A DNA stretch of 64,000 nt from a cyanobacterium endosymbiont of Rhopalodia gibba (GTDB taxonomy: Bacteria; Cyanobacteriota; Cyanobacteriia; Cyanobacteriales; Microcystaceae), in the NCBI GenBank assembly GCA_045159875.1, contig CP067995.1, forward strand, positions 2,464,001 through 2,528,000, in the 5' to 3' direction. Each line of letters opens with the position of its first letter. Positions within the stretch are counted from its first letter, which is position 1. Position numbers and translations under genes: made by a program. Shown piece after piece: positions 46,521 to 58,180 of this stretch. The notes beneath the pieces are model-generated. The model searched no databases. It was not told the DNA's origin and was given only the letters and a program-made list of their open reading frames with translations.

Positions 46521-47498
46521 GGCTAAGTTTCATTTATACTTCTATACTTTGCTAAATTATGAGACTCAGGCTGTGCTCGTTTATCTAATATTTTTGACGA
46601 TTCATCTCACAACCAGGAATTAAGTTTTATGATAGAAATAACTAAAAATCTATAAGGCTTAATCAAAATAGAGAAATACCAATCAGTTAAAAGCCTATAA
46701 AGATAGAAAAAAAATAGGACAATTGTTCATTTAAACAAGCTTATAAAGTCCAAAATTCTGAAAAAAATTGAAAAAAATATTGTCAATCTTGTTCGATATT
46801 ATATTTTATTTTGCCAAGACAATTAAGACTGAAATAAAGTTAGTCAAATTCCTGTTGTTAAACTGTAAAGAAAGTATTCCGCTATTGAATGTTACCAGCA
46901 TGTCTTAAATTGATTATATAATCAATAAATTTATAGTCAACTTTATAGTCAAAAAATCTGAGGCGATCCTTAATCACCTTTTTGGTACTTTATGAATTCT
47001 AATCGAGTAGAGCGTTAATGAGAGCTACAGAGTTGATTGACAGTTGGTATTAGATCCAAATATTATCTATTAGAATTAATCATAATTCTATTTTAGAGGA
47101 TTTAAATTAAAATCTAGTCTACTTATTTCTTAAAATATTTGATCATTACCAAAAAATTCCGAGTTAGTCCCATATATAGCAATTACCTTGTCTATTCTAG
47201 ACAATATAATATATATTCAACGTAATTTGTTAATTTATCATCGCCGCTATGTACAAATATACCAAAATAGTACATGTCATTTCATTTATCTGCATCAAAA
47301 TTTCTAAAAGACTTTGCAGTGTTGTTTAAGACGATGACTGATGTTATGGTGGTTAATGGAATAATTATATTTAAGCCATCTGCAATAATAATCAACATTT
47401 TTTCATTTGTTCTCAACCTCGCCATTGATAGATGTTATAAACAATAACTTTACCGGATTAAACATTCTATCTGCTTCAGAGTCCACAGTTAATTATAC

Positions 47499-48818
47499 TT
47501 ACAAACTAATCTCATCAATCATTTTAGGAACTCCAGCAGTTAAAACCTCATGACCTGTTTTTGTTACTAAAACATCGTCTTCTATTCTAATGCCAATACC
47601 GTGCCATCGTTCAGGAATTTCTGGTTGTCCTTCAGTAGGTTTAATATTAGGACTAATATAAATTCCAGGTTCAACCGTCAGCAGATGACCAGATTCTAAC
47701 AGTTGCCAAGTTCCTTCTCCCTGTTTATAAACCCCCACATCATGAACATCTAACCCTAACCAGTGTCCAGTTTTATGCATATAAAAAGGTTTATATTTTT
47801 CTTCTTTGATAATTTCTTCTAAATCTCCTTTCAGTAACCCTAAATCAATCAATCCTTGAACTAAAATACAGACTGCCATGTCATGAAACTCATTATAAGG
47901 TTTTCCAGGTCTAACCGATTCTATGGCTTTCAATTGTGCTTCTAAAACCAACTCATAAATAGCCTTTTGTTCCCCTGTAAACTTGCCGCTAACGGGAAAG
48001 GTCCTGGTAATATCTCCATTGTAATAGCCATAGGAACAACCCGCATCAATCAAAAGCAACTCATTTTCTTGAATCTGACGACGATTTTCAACATAGTGGA
48101 GGACGCAGGTATTAGCTCCTGATGCTACAATAGAAGGATAAGCCGGGCCCATACCTCCATGCAAACGGAAAGTATATTCTATTTCAGCTTGAATTTCGTA
48201 CTCATAATGCCCTACTTGAACAAATTCTCTAGCTCGGTTATGAGCAATGGCTGAAATGTCCATCGCTGTGCGTAACATCTCCAACTCAGTAAGACTTTTT
48301 ACCTGACGCATGGGGTGAAGAATAGGGTTGGGATCTTCAATGGCAATGGGACCACTTCCCCGCTTTGAATACGCTGCCATTAACCGTTGCCAATGGGACA
48401 AAATTATCTCATTAAAATTCTTATCCCATCCGAGATGATAATAGATACGGTCAGCTTTTTCAATATATTGGAGTAGCTTTCTATTTAATTCACTAATGGG
48501 ATATGCCTCATCTGCACCATAGAACTCTTTAGCTTTTTCTACACCACAACGATAACCTGTCCAAGTTTCTTTTTCAGGATCTTTCGGTTGAACAAAAAGC
48601 ACAAAGTGGTGTTCTTCGTGGTGGGGAGCCAATACTGCTACGGCTTCAGGTTCATTAAATCCCGTAAGGTAAAAAAAATCACTATCTTGACGAAAAATAT
48701 GTTCTACATCATTGTGCATAACTACGGTCGGCGCACTGCGAAAAATCGCAGTTCCCATACCGATTTTTTTCATCAAGCGTTCTCGACGCTGACCATACTC
48801 TGTTAGTTTAATTCCCAT
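47499..48818 (-). CDS. pepP: Xaa-Pro aminopeptidase
   Basis: FRQDSDFFYLTGF, LLIDAG, DITRTFP, HWLGLDVHD, TVEPGIY, GIRIEDD. Confidence 0.94.
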   Translation of the reverse strand: MGIKLTEYGQRRERLMKKIGMGTAIFRSAPTVVMHNDVEHIFRQDSDFFYLTGFNEPEAVAVLAPHHEEHHFVLFVQPKDPEKETWTGYRCGVEKAKEFYGADEAYPISELNRKLLQYIEKADRIYYHLGWDKNFNEIILSHWQRLMAAYSKRGSGPIAIEDPNPILHPMRQVKSLTELEMLRTAMDISAIAHNRAREFVQVGHYEYEIQAEIEYTFRLHGGMGPAYPSIVASGANTCVLHYVENRRQIQENELLLIDAGCSYGYYNGDITRTFPVSGKFTGEQKAIYELVLEAQLKAIESVRPGKPYNEFHDMAVCILVQGLIDLGLLKGDLEEIIKEEKYKPFYMHKTGHWLGLDVHDVGVYKQGEGTWQLLESGHLLTVEPGIYISPNIKPTEGQPEIPERWHGIGIRIEDDVLVTKTGHEVLTAGVPKMIDEISL

Positions 48819-49668
48819 AGTTAATTCAAATAATCTATAATTAATCTTAATCTAAAGTTAACTCACAAAATTACTCAATAGTCAGCCAAATTTGTTTCAT
48901 GACATAGATCAGTCTATGATCTTTATCAAGAATTCTTGATTTGACCCAAAAATGTTGCTAATTCTAATTAGAACTGTGGGCAATTGGGATAATTTAATCA
49001 TGTTTGCCATGTAAAATTAGGACAGGGAGACTGTTGATCTTAATACTGACTGATATTGGTGAAAGATTGATAGCCTAGAGAAAGCAAGCACTGTTCCTCG
49101 TGTTCCTCGTAGGGTAAGCTGACTACTCTTCCGTCTCATGCCATTATTTGACTTATATTTTCCCTATATCTCTCTAACGGACAGTTAAGAAACTAAAACC
49201 TAGGGGGAAGTGACATTAAATCTTGTACTTTAAGAATATTTTTCCCTTAACTATGCTGCAGTTAACCCCCTAAACTAAAACCAATGAAGGTAATAGAGGT
49301 TTTAGAGTTGACAAGCTCGACAGTAACTTGTTACAACTATCCTATTAGGGTTAAACTAGAACAATCCTATTGATTGAGATCAGGAATAATCGAAGAAATT
49401 TAACGTTTCTTAAAGTGATTACTAGAATATCAAACTTTAACAAAATTGAGTTTCGACGTAAACCCATGTAAATAGATATATTATATTTCAATTAATTGGT
49501 TCTCCTGACAGCTTGGTACAAACTGTGTGTTACTCACAAGATACAGTGTTTGGTGGATTGCAGTTCGGATCAGGACTTATTCTTTTTTACCAAAAACAAA
49601 GATTTTACCTAACCAGGCTCACAAGGCGTAAGACTTTTTTATCGTCATTGAGTATAGGAGGACCATAT

Positions 49669-49755
49669 ATGTTCAAAAAATCCTTACTTGTTGATTCGGA
49701 CAATAGCATAAGTCCAGACCAATGCTGACCGTCAAAGAGTCTAATAATGTTTAAT
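49669..49755 (+). pseudogene. possible N-terminal remnant of a universal stress protein
   Basis: AGGAGG then MFKKSLLVDSDNSISPDQ-ML, resembling the MxxKILLADSGxGxSEEML start of cyanobacterial tandem-USP proteins; truncated after about 20 codons. Confidence 0.35.
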
Positions 49756-49792
49756 TTTCTCAGTGAGAAGTAGTTACTGAACTTGAAACAAT

Positions 49793-50165
49793 CTAAGTTT
49801 TAGTTTCATGGCAATTCTTGTCCAATGTTTTAACCCTCTTTTTTAGCTTTCTTTTTCTTTTCCTGAAGATTGACTCGGTGACAAATTGTACAAAGCCAAA
49901 CTGTTGTTTTATATCTTCAACCGTCACCGAATGAATCACTAATAATGGTTCATTGGTGGAATTTTCTATCTCATCTAGTAACTCACTCAAGATGAACGGT
50001 TTTTTGAGCATTTTCCCAATTTATTTTTCGATTTATTGAAGTATTTCTCTTCGGTATATAACAATCTTAGAAATCAATACTAACCTCAATTAAACTTCGA
50101 ATTAAATTACTGACAACAAGAAACGCAATCACGGTAAACGCCAGAATGTAAAGTATATGGAACAT
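49793..50165 (-). pseudogene. DUF2973 family pseudogene
   Basis: MFHILYILAFTVIAFLVVSNLIRSLIEVSIDF* then ELLDEIENSTNEPLLVIHSVTVEDIKQQ; located just after DUF2605 as in other cyanobacteria. Confidence 0.7.
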
Positions 50166-50309
50166 TAAAAGCCGCTGAAAAGCAATAGTCACGTAAGGTT
50201 TATATAGTGGTCGAGTTCATCAAAATTAATTTGACTAGTTTACTAAGAATTGTGAGTAATAATTATCACTCAGTAGATTTCCGAATCTTGGAATAACACC
50301 AGGGGGAAC

Positions 50310-50633
50310 TTAAGTTTTATTGGCTTTGTGTGATCGCCAACGCATGGAGATTTGCCAACATTCGTCCACTAATTTGTGCCAAAGGACTAAGATAGCTGTA
50401 TCAATTCCTGTTTTTTGATCGGTCGCTTTAAATAAGATTTGAGCTGTAATCACTTCTTGTTTGCTCTTATTAACTCTGGCGAGTAGCTCGTCTTGTTCTT
50501 CAGGGGAAAGTAAAGTGATTCTTTCAGATTCTAATAAAGTTTGTGCGCGGAAAAACCAGTATTGAAAGTCTTCTAACAAAATCTCAAGGATTGTTGTCAG
50601 TAACTCTGATTCGTTAGGTGGGGAGTTCAGCAT
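50310..50633 (-). CDS. DUF2605 family protein
   Basis: LLEDFQYWFxRAxxLLESE, LFKAT, WHKLVDECWQ. Confidence 0.8.
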   Translation of the reverse strand: MLNSPPNESELLTTILEILLEDFQYWFFRAQTLLESERITLLSPEEQDELLARVNKSKQEVITAQILFKATDQKTGIDTAILVLWHKLVDECWQISMRWRSHKANKT

Positions 50634-50852
50634 TTTTTAAAAAAATTTCATATGCAATCCATCTTAACGTTTTTCATAATTATTAACATTCAGATACAAA
50701 CAATTAACAAGTTTCTTCAAGCTTTCAAAACTCGGGGAAGTTGATCACAAGTAACGCACCGATACAAAAAAATGAAAATTAACATGCAAATAATCCATAA
50801 CAGTATTTTTATATCTTGTTCGTTCTCTGCTGAGAGCAAGACTAGGGAAAAT

Positions 50853-52067
50853 TCAGGATTTAGCGAAATGATACAGTAACCAGTATCCTATTCCTAAGCC
50901 AAGAAAATTAGGCAACCATGCAGCTAGAAAGGGAGAAATAATACCCATTAGTCCTAAACTACCGATAATAAATCCCAAGATATAATAAGTAAAAATAATC
51001 ACCACACTGAAGCCAAAGCTGGTAGCTCTCCCCATCTGCTGAGGCCTTACCCCTAAAACTGAACCCACTAAACCAAAAACAACACAAATAAAAGGAAAAG
51101 CAAGTTTTTGTTGGATTCGCACTTGAAAGGTTCGCAAGTTTTTTTCATCCCCAATCATTCTCAATAGTTTCATGTATTGTTGAGCTTGAATGATATTCAT
51201 TTCATAGGGATCTCGACTTTGAAGAGCGAATTCAAAGGGAGCTTTAGTTAAAGCTAACTGACAATGTTTAAAAGGAGACATATCTCTGTAGGAAGCATCG
51301 GGAGCTAGTTTATAAATTGTTCCATTAAAAAAATCCCAAGTATTTTCTCTCGAATTCCAAGTAGCTGAATCTGACACAACTATTTTGTTGAGGTTAGTTT
51401 CTGTCCATTCTAAAATCGTCAAGGTTTTCATGTGCTGACCGTCAAATTTCTCAGCATAAAATAAATATTTTAATCGTTTAACTGTTTCTCCATTTGGCAA
51501 ATATACTTCTTCATAGTCAGGATAAAAAATATCTTTCTTTTGCCAAAAAGGATGTTCTTCTTTTAGATATTCAACTAAGATAGATGTAGCTTGGTAATTA
51601 GCACCAGGGACGACTAATTCACTAAAGACAAATGTAATACCTGTGACCAATAAACTAAAAACCAAAGCAGGGGCAATTATACGATATAGACTCACTCCAC
51701 AAGCGCGTAATGCAATTACTTCACTATCGTTACTGAGACGGCCATATGTTAGTAATGTAGTTAACATAACTGAGATCGGTAGGGCATAAGCGGTGAATTC
51801 AGGTACTTTTAAAAGTAAAACCTCCAGAGCTTGTATTAGGGGAAGGTCTGACTCCACTACTTTATTTACTAAATCTGATAAATAACCAATCGCCACTCCC
51901 AACGACGAAACCAGTCCCACGCTAAAGATAAACGGGGGGATCAGTTCGCCTCCAATGTAGCGATCCATCAGAGATAGAGAGAACCGGCGTTGTTGCGATC
52001 TCCATAAGTTGGACAGAGATTGAAGAAATTTCGTCAACATCAGAGATTTAGTAGAAGCACCCTTCAT
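50853..52067 (-). CDS. LptF/LptG family LPS export permease
   Basis: MDRYIGGELIPPF, YGRLSNDSEVIALRACGVS, QQKLAFPF, AAWLPN. Confidence 0.9.
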   Translation of the reverse strand: MKGASTKSLMLTKFLQSLSNLWRSQQRRFSLSLMDRYIGGELIPPFIFSVGLVSSLGVAIGYLSDLVNKVVESDLPLIQALEVLLLKVPEFTAYALPISVMLTTLLTYGRLSNDSEVIALRACGVSLYRIIAPALVFSLLVTGITFVFSELVVPGANYQATSILVEYLKEEHPFWQKKDIFYPDYEEVYLPNGETVKRLKYLFYAEKFDGQHMKTLTILEWTETNLNKIVVSDSATWNSRENTWDFFNGTIYKLAPDASYRDMSPFKHCQLALTKAPFEFALQSRDPYEMNIIQAQQYMKLLRMIGDEKNLRTFQVRIQQKLAFPFICVVFGLVGSVLGVRPQQMGRATSFGFSVVIIFTYYILGFIIGSLGLMGIISPFLAAWLPNFLGLGIGYWLLYHFAKS

Positions 52068-52203
52068 TAAATATAAACGGACAATTGATTGGTTAGTTGC
52101 TGTAGTAGCTCAATAAAAGCAAGTTTTCCATCAATGTCAATCTTTCCGGTGATTAATTTGATCATGCGTTACAATCCTTAAAGTAAAGTGACCCTCACTA
52201 GAT

Positions 52204-52998
52204 TTGAATAGGATGACCATGAAAACGGCTTTGATTACTGGTGCATCTTCTGGCATTGGAACAGCCTTTGCTCAAGAATTAGCAATGCGCCAGATAAATT
52301 TGATTTTAGTTGCCCGTTCCCAAAATAAACTATACCAACTTGCCGAAAAGTTACAACATCAAGCTCCTATAAAAGTCGAGGTAATTGTACAAGATTTAAC
52401 TGATCAACAAGCTGCCAAGAAGGTTTATGATACTGTAGCAGAAAAAGGATTAAATGTTGATTTTTTGGTTAATAATGCAGGATTTGGAGATTATGGAGCG
52501 TTTACCCAACGGGAATTACCACGCCAAGTGGAAATGATCCAACTCAACATAGTTGCTTTGGTGGAGTTGACATATTTATTTTTGTCGGAGATGCAACAAC
52601 GAGGAACGGGGAATATTATTAACGTTGCGTCTATTGCCGGATTTCAACCCTTGCCTTATTTATCGGTTTATGCTGCAACAAAGGCTTTTGTTCTCAGTTT
52701 TTCTGAAGCGTTGTGGGCTGAAAACAAAGGAACAGATATTAATATCCTCGCGTTATGTCCTGGTCCGACAGATTCCAATTTTTTTAATGTGGCGGATTTT
52801 CCAGACAGTTTTATTAATAAAAATAACAGTAGTTTAACCTTGGCTAAAGAAGTTGTAAAAGATGCTTTTAAAGCCCTTAAAAATAGGAAATCTAATACTA
52901 TCCCTGGTGGCTTCAGTAATCAATTTCTTGTGAATTCTAGCCGGTTTCTTCCCAGGGAATTGTTAGTTAATGTCATAGAAAAGCACTTTCGAGGTTAG
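52204..52998 (+). CDS. short-chain dehydrogenase/reductase
   Basis: TGASSGIG, NNAGFG, YAATK; real start probably ATG 52213 or 52219. Confidence 0.92.
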   Translation: MNRMTMKTALITGASSGIGTAFAQELAMRQINLILVARSQNKLYQLAEKLQHQAPIKVEVIVQDLTDQQAAKKVYDTVAEKGLNVDFLVNNAGFGDYGAFTQRELPRQVEMIQLNIVALVELTYLFLSEMQQRGTGNIINVASIAGFQPLPYLSVYAATKAFVLSFSEALWAENKGTDINILALCPGPTDSNFFNVADFPDSFINKNNSSLTLAKEVVKDAFKALKNRKSNTIPGGFSNQFLVNSSRFLPRELLVNVIEKHFRG

Positions 52999-53349
52999 AC
53001 AATAATTTTAATTAAGTAAGACTGTACATTCTACAATTAGCTTCTGGTTAATTAAAGAATGAAGTTTAATTTCTCGTGAATAGCGAAAAGCTAAATAAAA
53101 AAATAGCTATTTCTCTTCATAAAAATTTTAAAATCGGATTTAATATTTTATAGTTTTTATAAAAGAACAAGGGATTACATGAAGAAAAATATTACAGAAA
53201 TTCACTTAAAACTAACGTATTTTTTAACTCAGCAAGTCTAGGTTGCTCTTGCTCGTTAAGTTTAAAGAAATTATAATCTAAACTTCCTAACAGTTAAGTA
53301 TGATAGTAAGTTCGGAAAAGATTAAAACTTGCAACAAGGAGACAACCCC

Positions 53350-54345
53350 ATGGCTCGGATGTATTATGATACAGATACCAACCTAGATCTTTTAGCTGGT
53401 AAAACCGTTGCGATCATCGGTTATGGTTCACAAGGTCATGCTCATACCCTCAACCTGAAAGATAGTGGCATAGACGTTATTGTGGGGTTGTATTCAGGGA
53501 GTCAGTCCGCTCGAAAAGCCCAAGATAAAGGATTAAGGGTTCTAAGTGTTGCCGAAGCAGCTAAAGCAGCAGATTGGATTATGATTCTATTGCCCGACGA
53601 AGTTCAGAAAATCGTCTATATTAATGAAATAGAACCTAATTTAACCGAAGGAAAAGTGTTATCTTTTGCCCATGGATTTAACATCCACTTTGGACAAGTA
53701 GTTCCTCCTCCTAATGTTGATGTGGTGATGGTTGCTCCCAAAGGGCCAGGTCACTTAGTTCGACGTACTTATGAACAAGGGGAAGGGGTTCCCTGTTTGT
53801 TCGCTGTGTATCAAGATGCTACTGGACAAGCCCGTGATCACGCTATGGCTTATGCTAAAGGAATTGGTGGGACTCGTGCGGGAATTCTTGAAACTACCTT
53901 TCGAGAAGAAACTGAAACGGATCTTTTTGGAGAACAGGTTGTTCTTTGTGGCGGTTTAAGTGCTTTGATTAAGGGCGGTTTTGAAACTTTGGTGGCTGCA
54001 GGATATCAACCAGAATTAGCCTATTTTGAATGTCTCCACGAAGTTAAATTAATTGTAGATCTCATTGTAGAAGGGGGGTTAGCTAATATGCGCAATAGTA
54101 TTTCCAATACTGCCGAATATGGAGATTTAACTCGTGGCCCCCGCGTTGTTACTGATCAAACCCGTGCTGAGATGAAGAAAATTCTCAGTGAAATTCAGTC
54201 AGGACAGTTTGCGCGAGAATTTGTACTAGAAAATCAATCAGGTAAACCAGGTTTTACTGCTATGCGTCGTCAAGAAGCCGAACATTCAATTGAAGAAGTC
54301 GGAAAAAATTTAAGGGCCATGTTTAGTTGGTTAAAAGACAAATAA
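53350..54345 (+). CDS. ilvC: ketol-acid reductoisomerase
   Basis: [37 protein letters not shown] 53350 preceded by AGGAG. Confidence 0.97.
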   Translation: MARMYYDTDTNLDLLAGKTVAIIGYGSQGHAHTLNLKDSGIDVIVGLYSGSQSARKAQDKGLRVLSVAEAAKAADWIMILLPDEVQKIVYINEIEPNLTEGKVLSFAHGFNIHFGQVVPPPNVDVVMVAPKGPGHLVRRTYEQGEGVPCLFAVYQDATGQARDHAMAYAKGIGGTRAGILETTFREETETDLFGEQVVLCGGLSALIKGGFETLVAAGYQPELAYFECLHEVKLIVDLIVEGGLANMRNSISNTAEYGDLTRGPRVVTDQTRAEMKKILSEIQSGQFAREFVLENQSGKPGFTAMRRQEAEHSIEEVGKNLRAMFSWLKDK

Positions 54346-54355
54346 AGTTCTAATG

Positions 54356-54386
54356 AAAGGCTACGGGAAACTAGTAGCCTTTTCTC
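54356..54386 (+). terminator. intrinsic terminator of ilvC
   Basis: AAAGGCTAC...GTAGCCTTT stem with GAAA in the loop, followed by pyrimidines, 10 nt after the stop. Confidence 0.75.
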
Positions 54387-56017
54387 TTGCTATGTCTATT
54401 TATTTCACGCAACTTGTCATTAGAATTTCTAGTCTTAGGGTAAGGGGTGAATCCCAATAGTATTTGATTAATTTTAATTTAAGGATTTTTGCTGATAGTA
54501 AGTAAGTATAAAATGGAAAAGTAGTTAAGAAAGAGCAATCTCTAAATGTAAGTTGACCTATATTCTTAAAATGCGGATTAAAACCATATAAAATAATTTT
54601 TTTTATTTAAATTGAAAAATATATCTTATTTTTTAATATTTATTTAGAGCAACTTACTTACTTAGTCCACCTTTTAGAAAACGTATTTGTCGTCTTTATC
54701 CTAGTAGCTGAATATATTTACGGTTTTAGTTATGTCAGTTTTTGAGTTTTATAAACACAAAAGGGTGAGTTAAGCTAGAATCATGCAAGATCATTATGCG
54801 ACTACGTTGGTAACTAAAATTGCTTTCTGTTAGGCAAGTTTATAAATAAAATCATACCTTTTGGACTTAATTTATGGAGAAAGTTTTATAATTTCTTTGT
54901 GTGTCAAAACTAAAAATTCTGTGCATTAATTTTTATAAGAACCGCGTATAATTCAAACTCAGAATTATAATAAAATTTGAGATTTACCTAATATTTATCT
55001 ATCATAAAAAAGTGTTAATTACTTTTTTTATTAAAAATTTTCAGATAGATGATAACTACTGTTGTAGTTGTAGTAGTTTTTTCTATTTAAATCAAATAGT
55101 ATGCTAGACCTAATATTCTTACTTGAATCAATTAAATCCTAAATTTAGAAAGACTAACAGTTACTCATTATTAGATTGCAAATGTAATAGGAATAGTTTT
55201 TTAAAAAAAATAGACCCAATAGTAACTTGTATTTATTGTAGTTTAACTAGCTGAAGACTTCATTCCAATGATAAATTAATAATTGTAGATTTACCTTGAG
55301 AATAGAAAGCCATCTACATCTATCTTAAAATTTGTAGAATTATTTTATTTTTTATCTGCTACTTCTCGGAGAATCTCACATTTTTTATACTCATCGAACA
55401 ATCTATCTATAAATTGCTTTCTTGACGATCTATTCTGATAATTCAGTCTAGTTTGCAATTCCTTGGACTTTTCATTCTTTCCTATTTAAAGATAATATTT
55501 TGGCTCTTATTATAGCAAAAATTTTTAGGTTGTGAGTCAACTTTGATAGTTCTTGCTTTTCTAATTCTCTTAGCTGAATCTTTAGGCACTCCGCTATCTG
55601 GTAAATGCTCTTTTTTCACTACTTTTCTATTTTTCTATTCTAGGTTTATTTGAACTCACCTACTTACACATAACAAAATACTTCTATGTCTCTAAAAAAG
55701 GTTTTATGACAGCCAGTGGTACTTTCCTTAGCCGTTGTATACTCAATTCCGGCGTGATCAAGAGGACCATAATCATGATTAACGATATCAACAAGACAAT
55801 CAACACTCGACTTCTATCTTGTTACCGAAAAAAACTAACTTCCCTCATGCATAAAAAAGATTGACTACCACAAAGAAGTTTAATCTTCCAAGGAACTTAA
55901 GAAAATACTGAAAGATTAGCCAAAATTAAATTATTTTTGAAGCTAAAAACAAATATAGATAATTTATTGATGAAAATTACGAAATATATAGTGTTTATTG
56001 AACAAACTAAGGCGCAA

Positions 56018-56089
56018 AGCTGGTGACAGGACTTGAACCTGCGACCAGCTGATTACAAATCAGCTGCTCTACCACTGAGCTACACCAGC
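56018..56089 (-). tRNA. trnT: tRNA-Thr (anticodon UGU)
   Basis: GCTGGTG TA GCTC AGTGGTA GAGC A GCTGA TT-TGT-AA TCAGC TGGTC GCAGG TTCAAGT CCTGT CACCAGC T; full cloverleaf, CCA not encoded. Confidence 0.97.
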
Positions 56090-56098
56090 ACTAATAAT

Positions 56099-56312
56099 GA
56101 GCGGGTCGATACTCTACCGGTTAAGGCTGAGCAGACTTCCGGGCTTGACCTTACCTCTGCTGGCATTGACAGCTTTGGCTTGACAATTCCATGCTTAGTC
56201 CTGCTATGCCTTTTACAGCAAGTCTATGACGGACTAACCCCAGAGCGTAAACTAGGATACACCCTGCCCTATTTAACTTCTAATTTGCTCTCACCTATTT
56301 GGTCTTACGCTT
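56099..56312 (-). ncRNA. putative structured non-coding RNA / long leader immediately 5' of tRNA-Thr
   Basis: 52% GC over 56101-56270 (88/170, hand count) within AT-rich flanks; several complementary helices, including one joining its two ends 9 nt before the tRNA. Confidence 0.6.
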
Positions 56313-57391
56313 TTTGCTTTTCTACCAGTAGTGGTTAGAGATTTAAAAATTGGGGAATAGGAAGTCTGACCCGTTTTTTTATTGTCTTTGATATCATTGA
56401 CCTTCAAATAGCTTAACATATTAAACCCTAAAAGGAGAGGTTTTGGAACCAAGATTTTTCAATGACAAATTTTATCCCCGTTAATAAACTCTATATAGGT
56501 TTATTAAAACCAGAGTACTTTCAATTCCCAAACGAGCTGACTCTGTACGTTTTTTAGGTTACTCTTATTGAAGACATTAGAAATTAGGAGTTGCAAATTA
56601 ACAGGCGAATTTAAATCTGATACTACGTATAAAAAATATAAAGTTATTGTTAAAAATCAAGGGCAAAAACCGATATAATATAGGAAGTGATAGAATCAGA
56701 GTATAGCTATCTAAATTTTTGATTAAAAATAAATTTTTAAGTATTATTTAAGCCTCTATTTTTGTATTTAATTACTAAAGATAAATGTTCAGCCTGTGAT
56801 TTTTATTTTTGAGATGTTTAATGATCTATCTCATGATTAGTAATTTAGGTTTATGGTCTAATTTGACAACGATTTTAATAATAAGCAAACTTTTATAAAC
56901 TTGAATAACTAATCAACAAAGATTTAAGTTGATTATTTTTGATAATTAAACTTGATAATGTCAATTGAATTATAAGAGTATTTTTTTGTAATTAAAAATA
57001 ACTAATTAGATTATTAATCCTGAGAAAGTGAGCTACAAGTTGACAAAACTTAACTCATAAATTTATCACTCTAGCTATATAGATATATAACTTATTTATT
57101 CAGTATCTTACAAGTGTTTACTTGGCACAAACTTGTAAATATAAAGCTAAGCATAATTAGATTTTAGAGTATTCAAACTAAAATTTAACTTTTTTATTTC
57201 CTAATGATTTTTATGAGTATTAAATAATACTGAGTCAGCAACAATATAGTAATCACTTCATCTCTTACAAAAGATTTATATTTGAGATAATTTGTGAATG
57301 TACGATTTCTAGTTTACTGAAAATAACTATTTATCATATTTGCAAACCCTATCAATTTTAAGATTTTTTTTATAAAAAGTCTTTTAAAGTT

Positions 57392-57960
57392 TAGGCTTTA
57401 CCCCGACAGCTCGTAACCTAGCAGCTAAACGTTTTGATTTCTACCTTCTTACTTCAGCCTTTTGATGTTTCTGAATAGCTAATTCTTACTCACAGAGTGA
57501 CAAGTCTTCGTTTTCAGTCAACTATAGCAATCAATAGCCTTTACGTTATTTCTAGTTCCTGCCTAAAGTCCTAAATAAAACTATAATTGAGGAATCCTAC
57601 AATATCCAGCACTATTTGATAATGTTCAATTGTGTCTGAAAGAGATTTTTTAGTGATAATGAGAAGTTTCCATTAAAAATGGAAGGTATAGCTACGATAA
57701 ATTTTAGTTTTATAAACACAAATATGAGGAATATAAGCCCAATTGTAGTCCTTTACTAGTATTTACCATTGACTATGGCGTAAACACCATCATTCCTAGT
57801 TATGATAGCTGTGTTAATTCACAACTTTTAGGCTATCAGTTAAAGTCACAGTAAGGGCAAGTTGATGAATATCAACCACTGGATGCTCTAGCGATATAAA
57901 ATTTTCTGGCAATTTTTCTTGTTGAATTTCACAGAATTTACTTATAACCAATTTCATGGG
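57392..57960 (-). pseudogene. Uma2 (DUF820) family endonuclease pseudogene
   Basis: QEKLPENFISLEHPVVDIHQLALTVTLTDSL, NWAYIP and the typical C-terminus KRLAARLRAVGVKP. Confidence 0.7.
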
Positions 57961-58180
57961 GTTAAAACAATTCGTTCGGTTTTTTTATACTCAACTCGAA
58001 TATAATCTTAGATAGACAGATGCGATTAAACATAAAATATCAACGAACAAATAAAAGTTCGATCTTGAGCAGTGAAATCCTTCAATTTTCTAAAAATTAT
58101 TAGAGTTACTAAGAAATATATTTTTTAATCTAAAATAGATAGATAGGCAACTTAAATTAATAATTAATTATTTCTGACTC

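Noticed and set aside
49085..49140. Minus-strand GAGACGGAAG...GAGGAACACG resembling a glutamine (glnA-type) riboswitch
   Set aside because: The 5' strand needed for P1/P2 (CGTTCATCTC-like) is absent and there is no plausible downstream gene; could equally be pseudogene debris
50751..50765. GTA...TAC as an NtcA site
   Set aside because: Spacing is 9 nt rather than the canonical GTA-N8-TAC
56033..56338. 101-aa ORF on the + strand
   Set aside because: Antisense to tRNA-Thr and its GC-rich leader; MNLRPADYKSAALPLSY is the typical shadow translation of a tRNA
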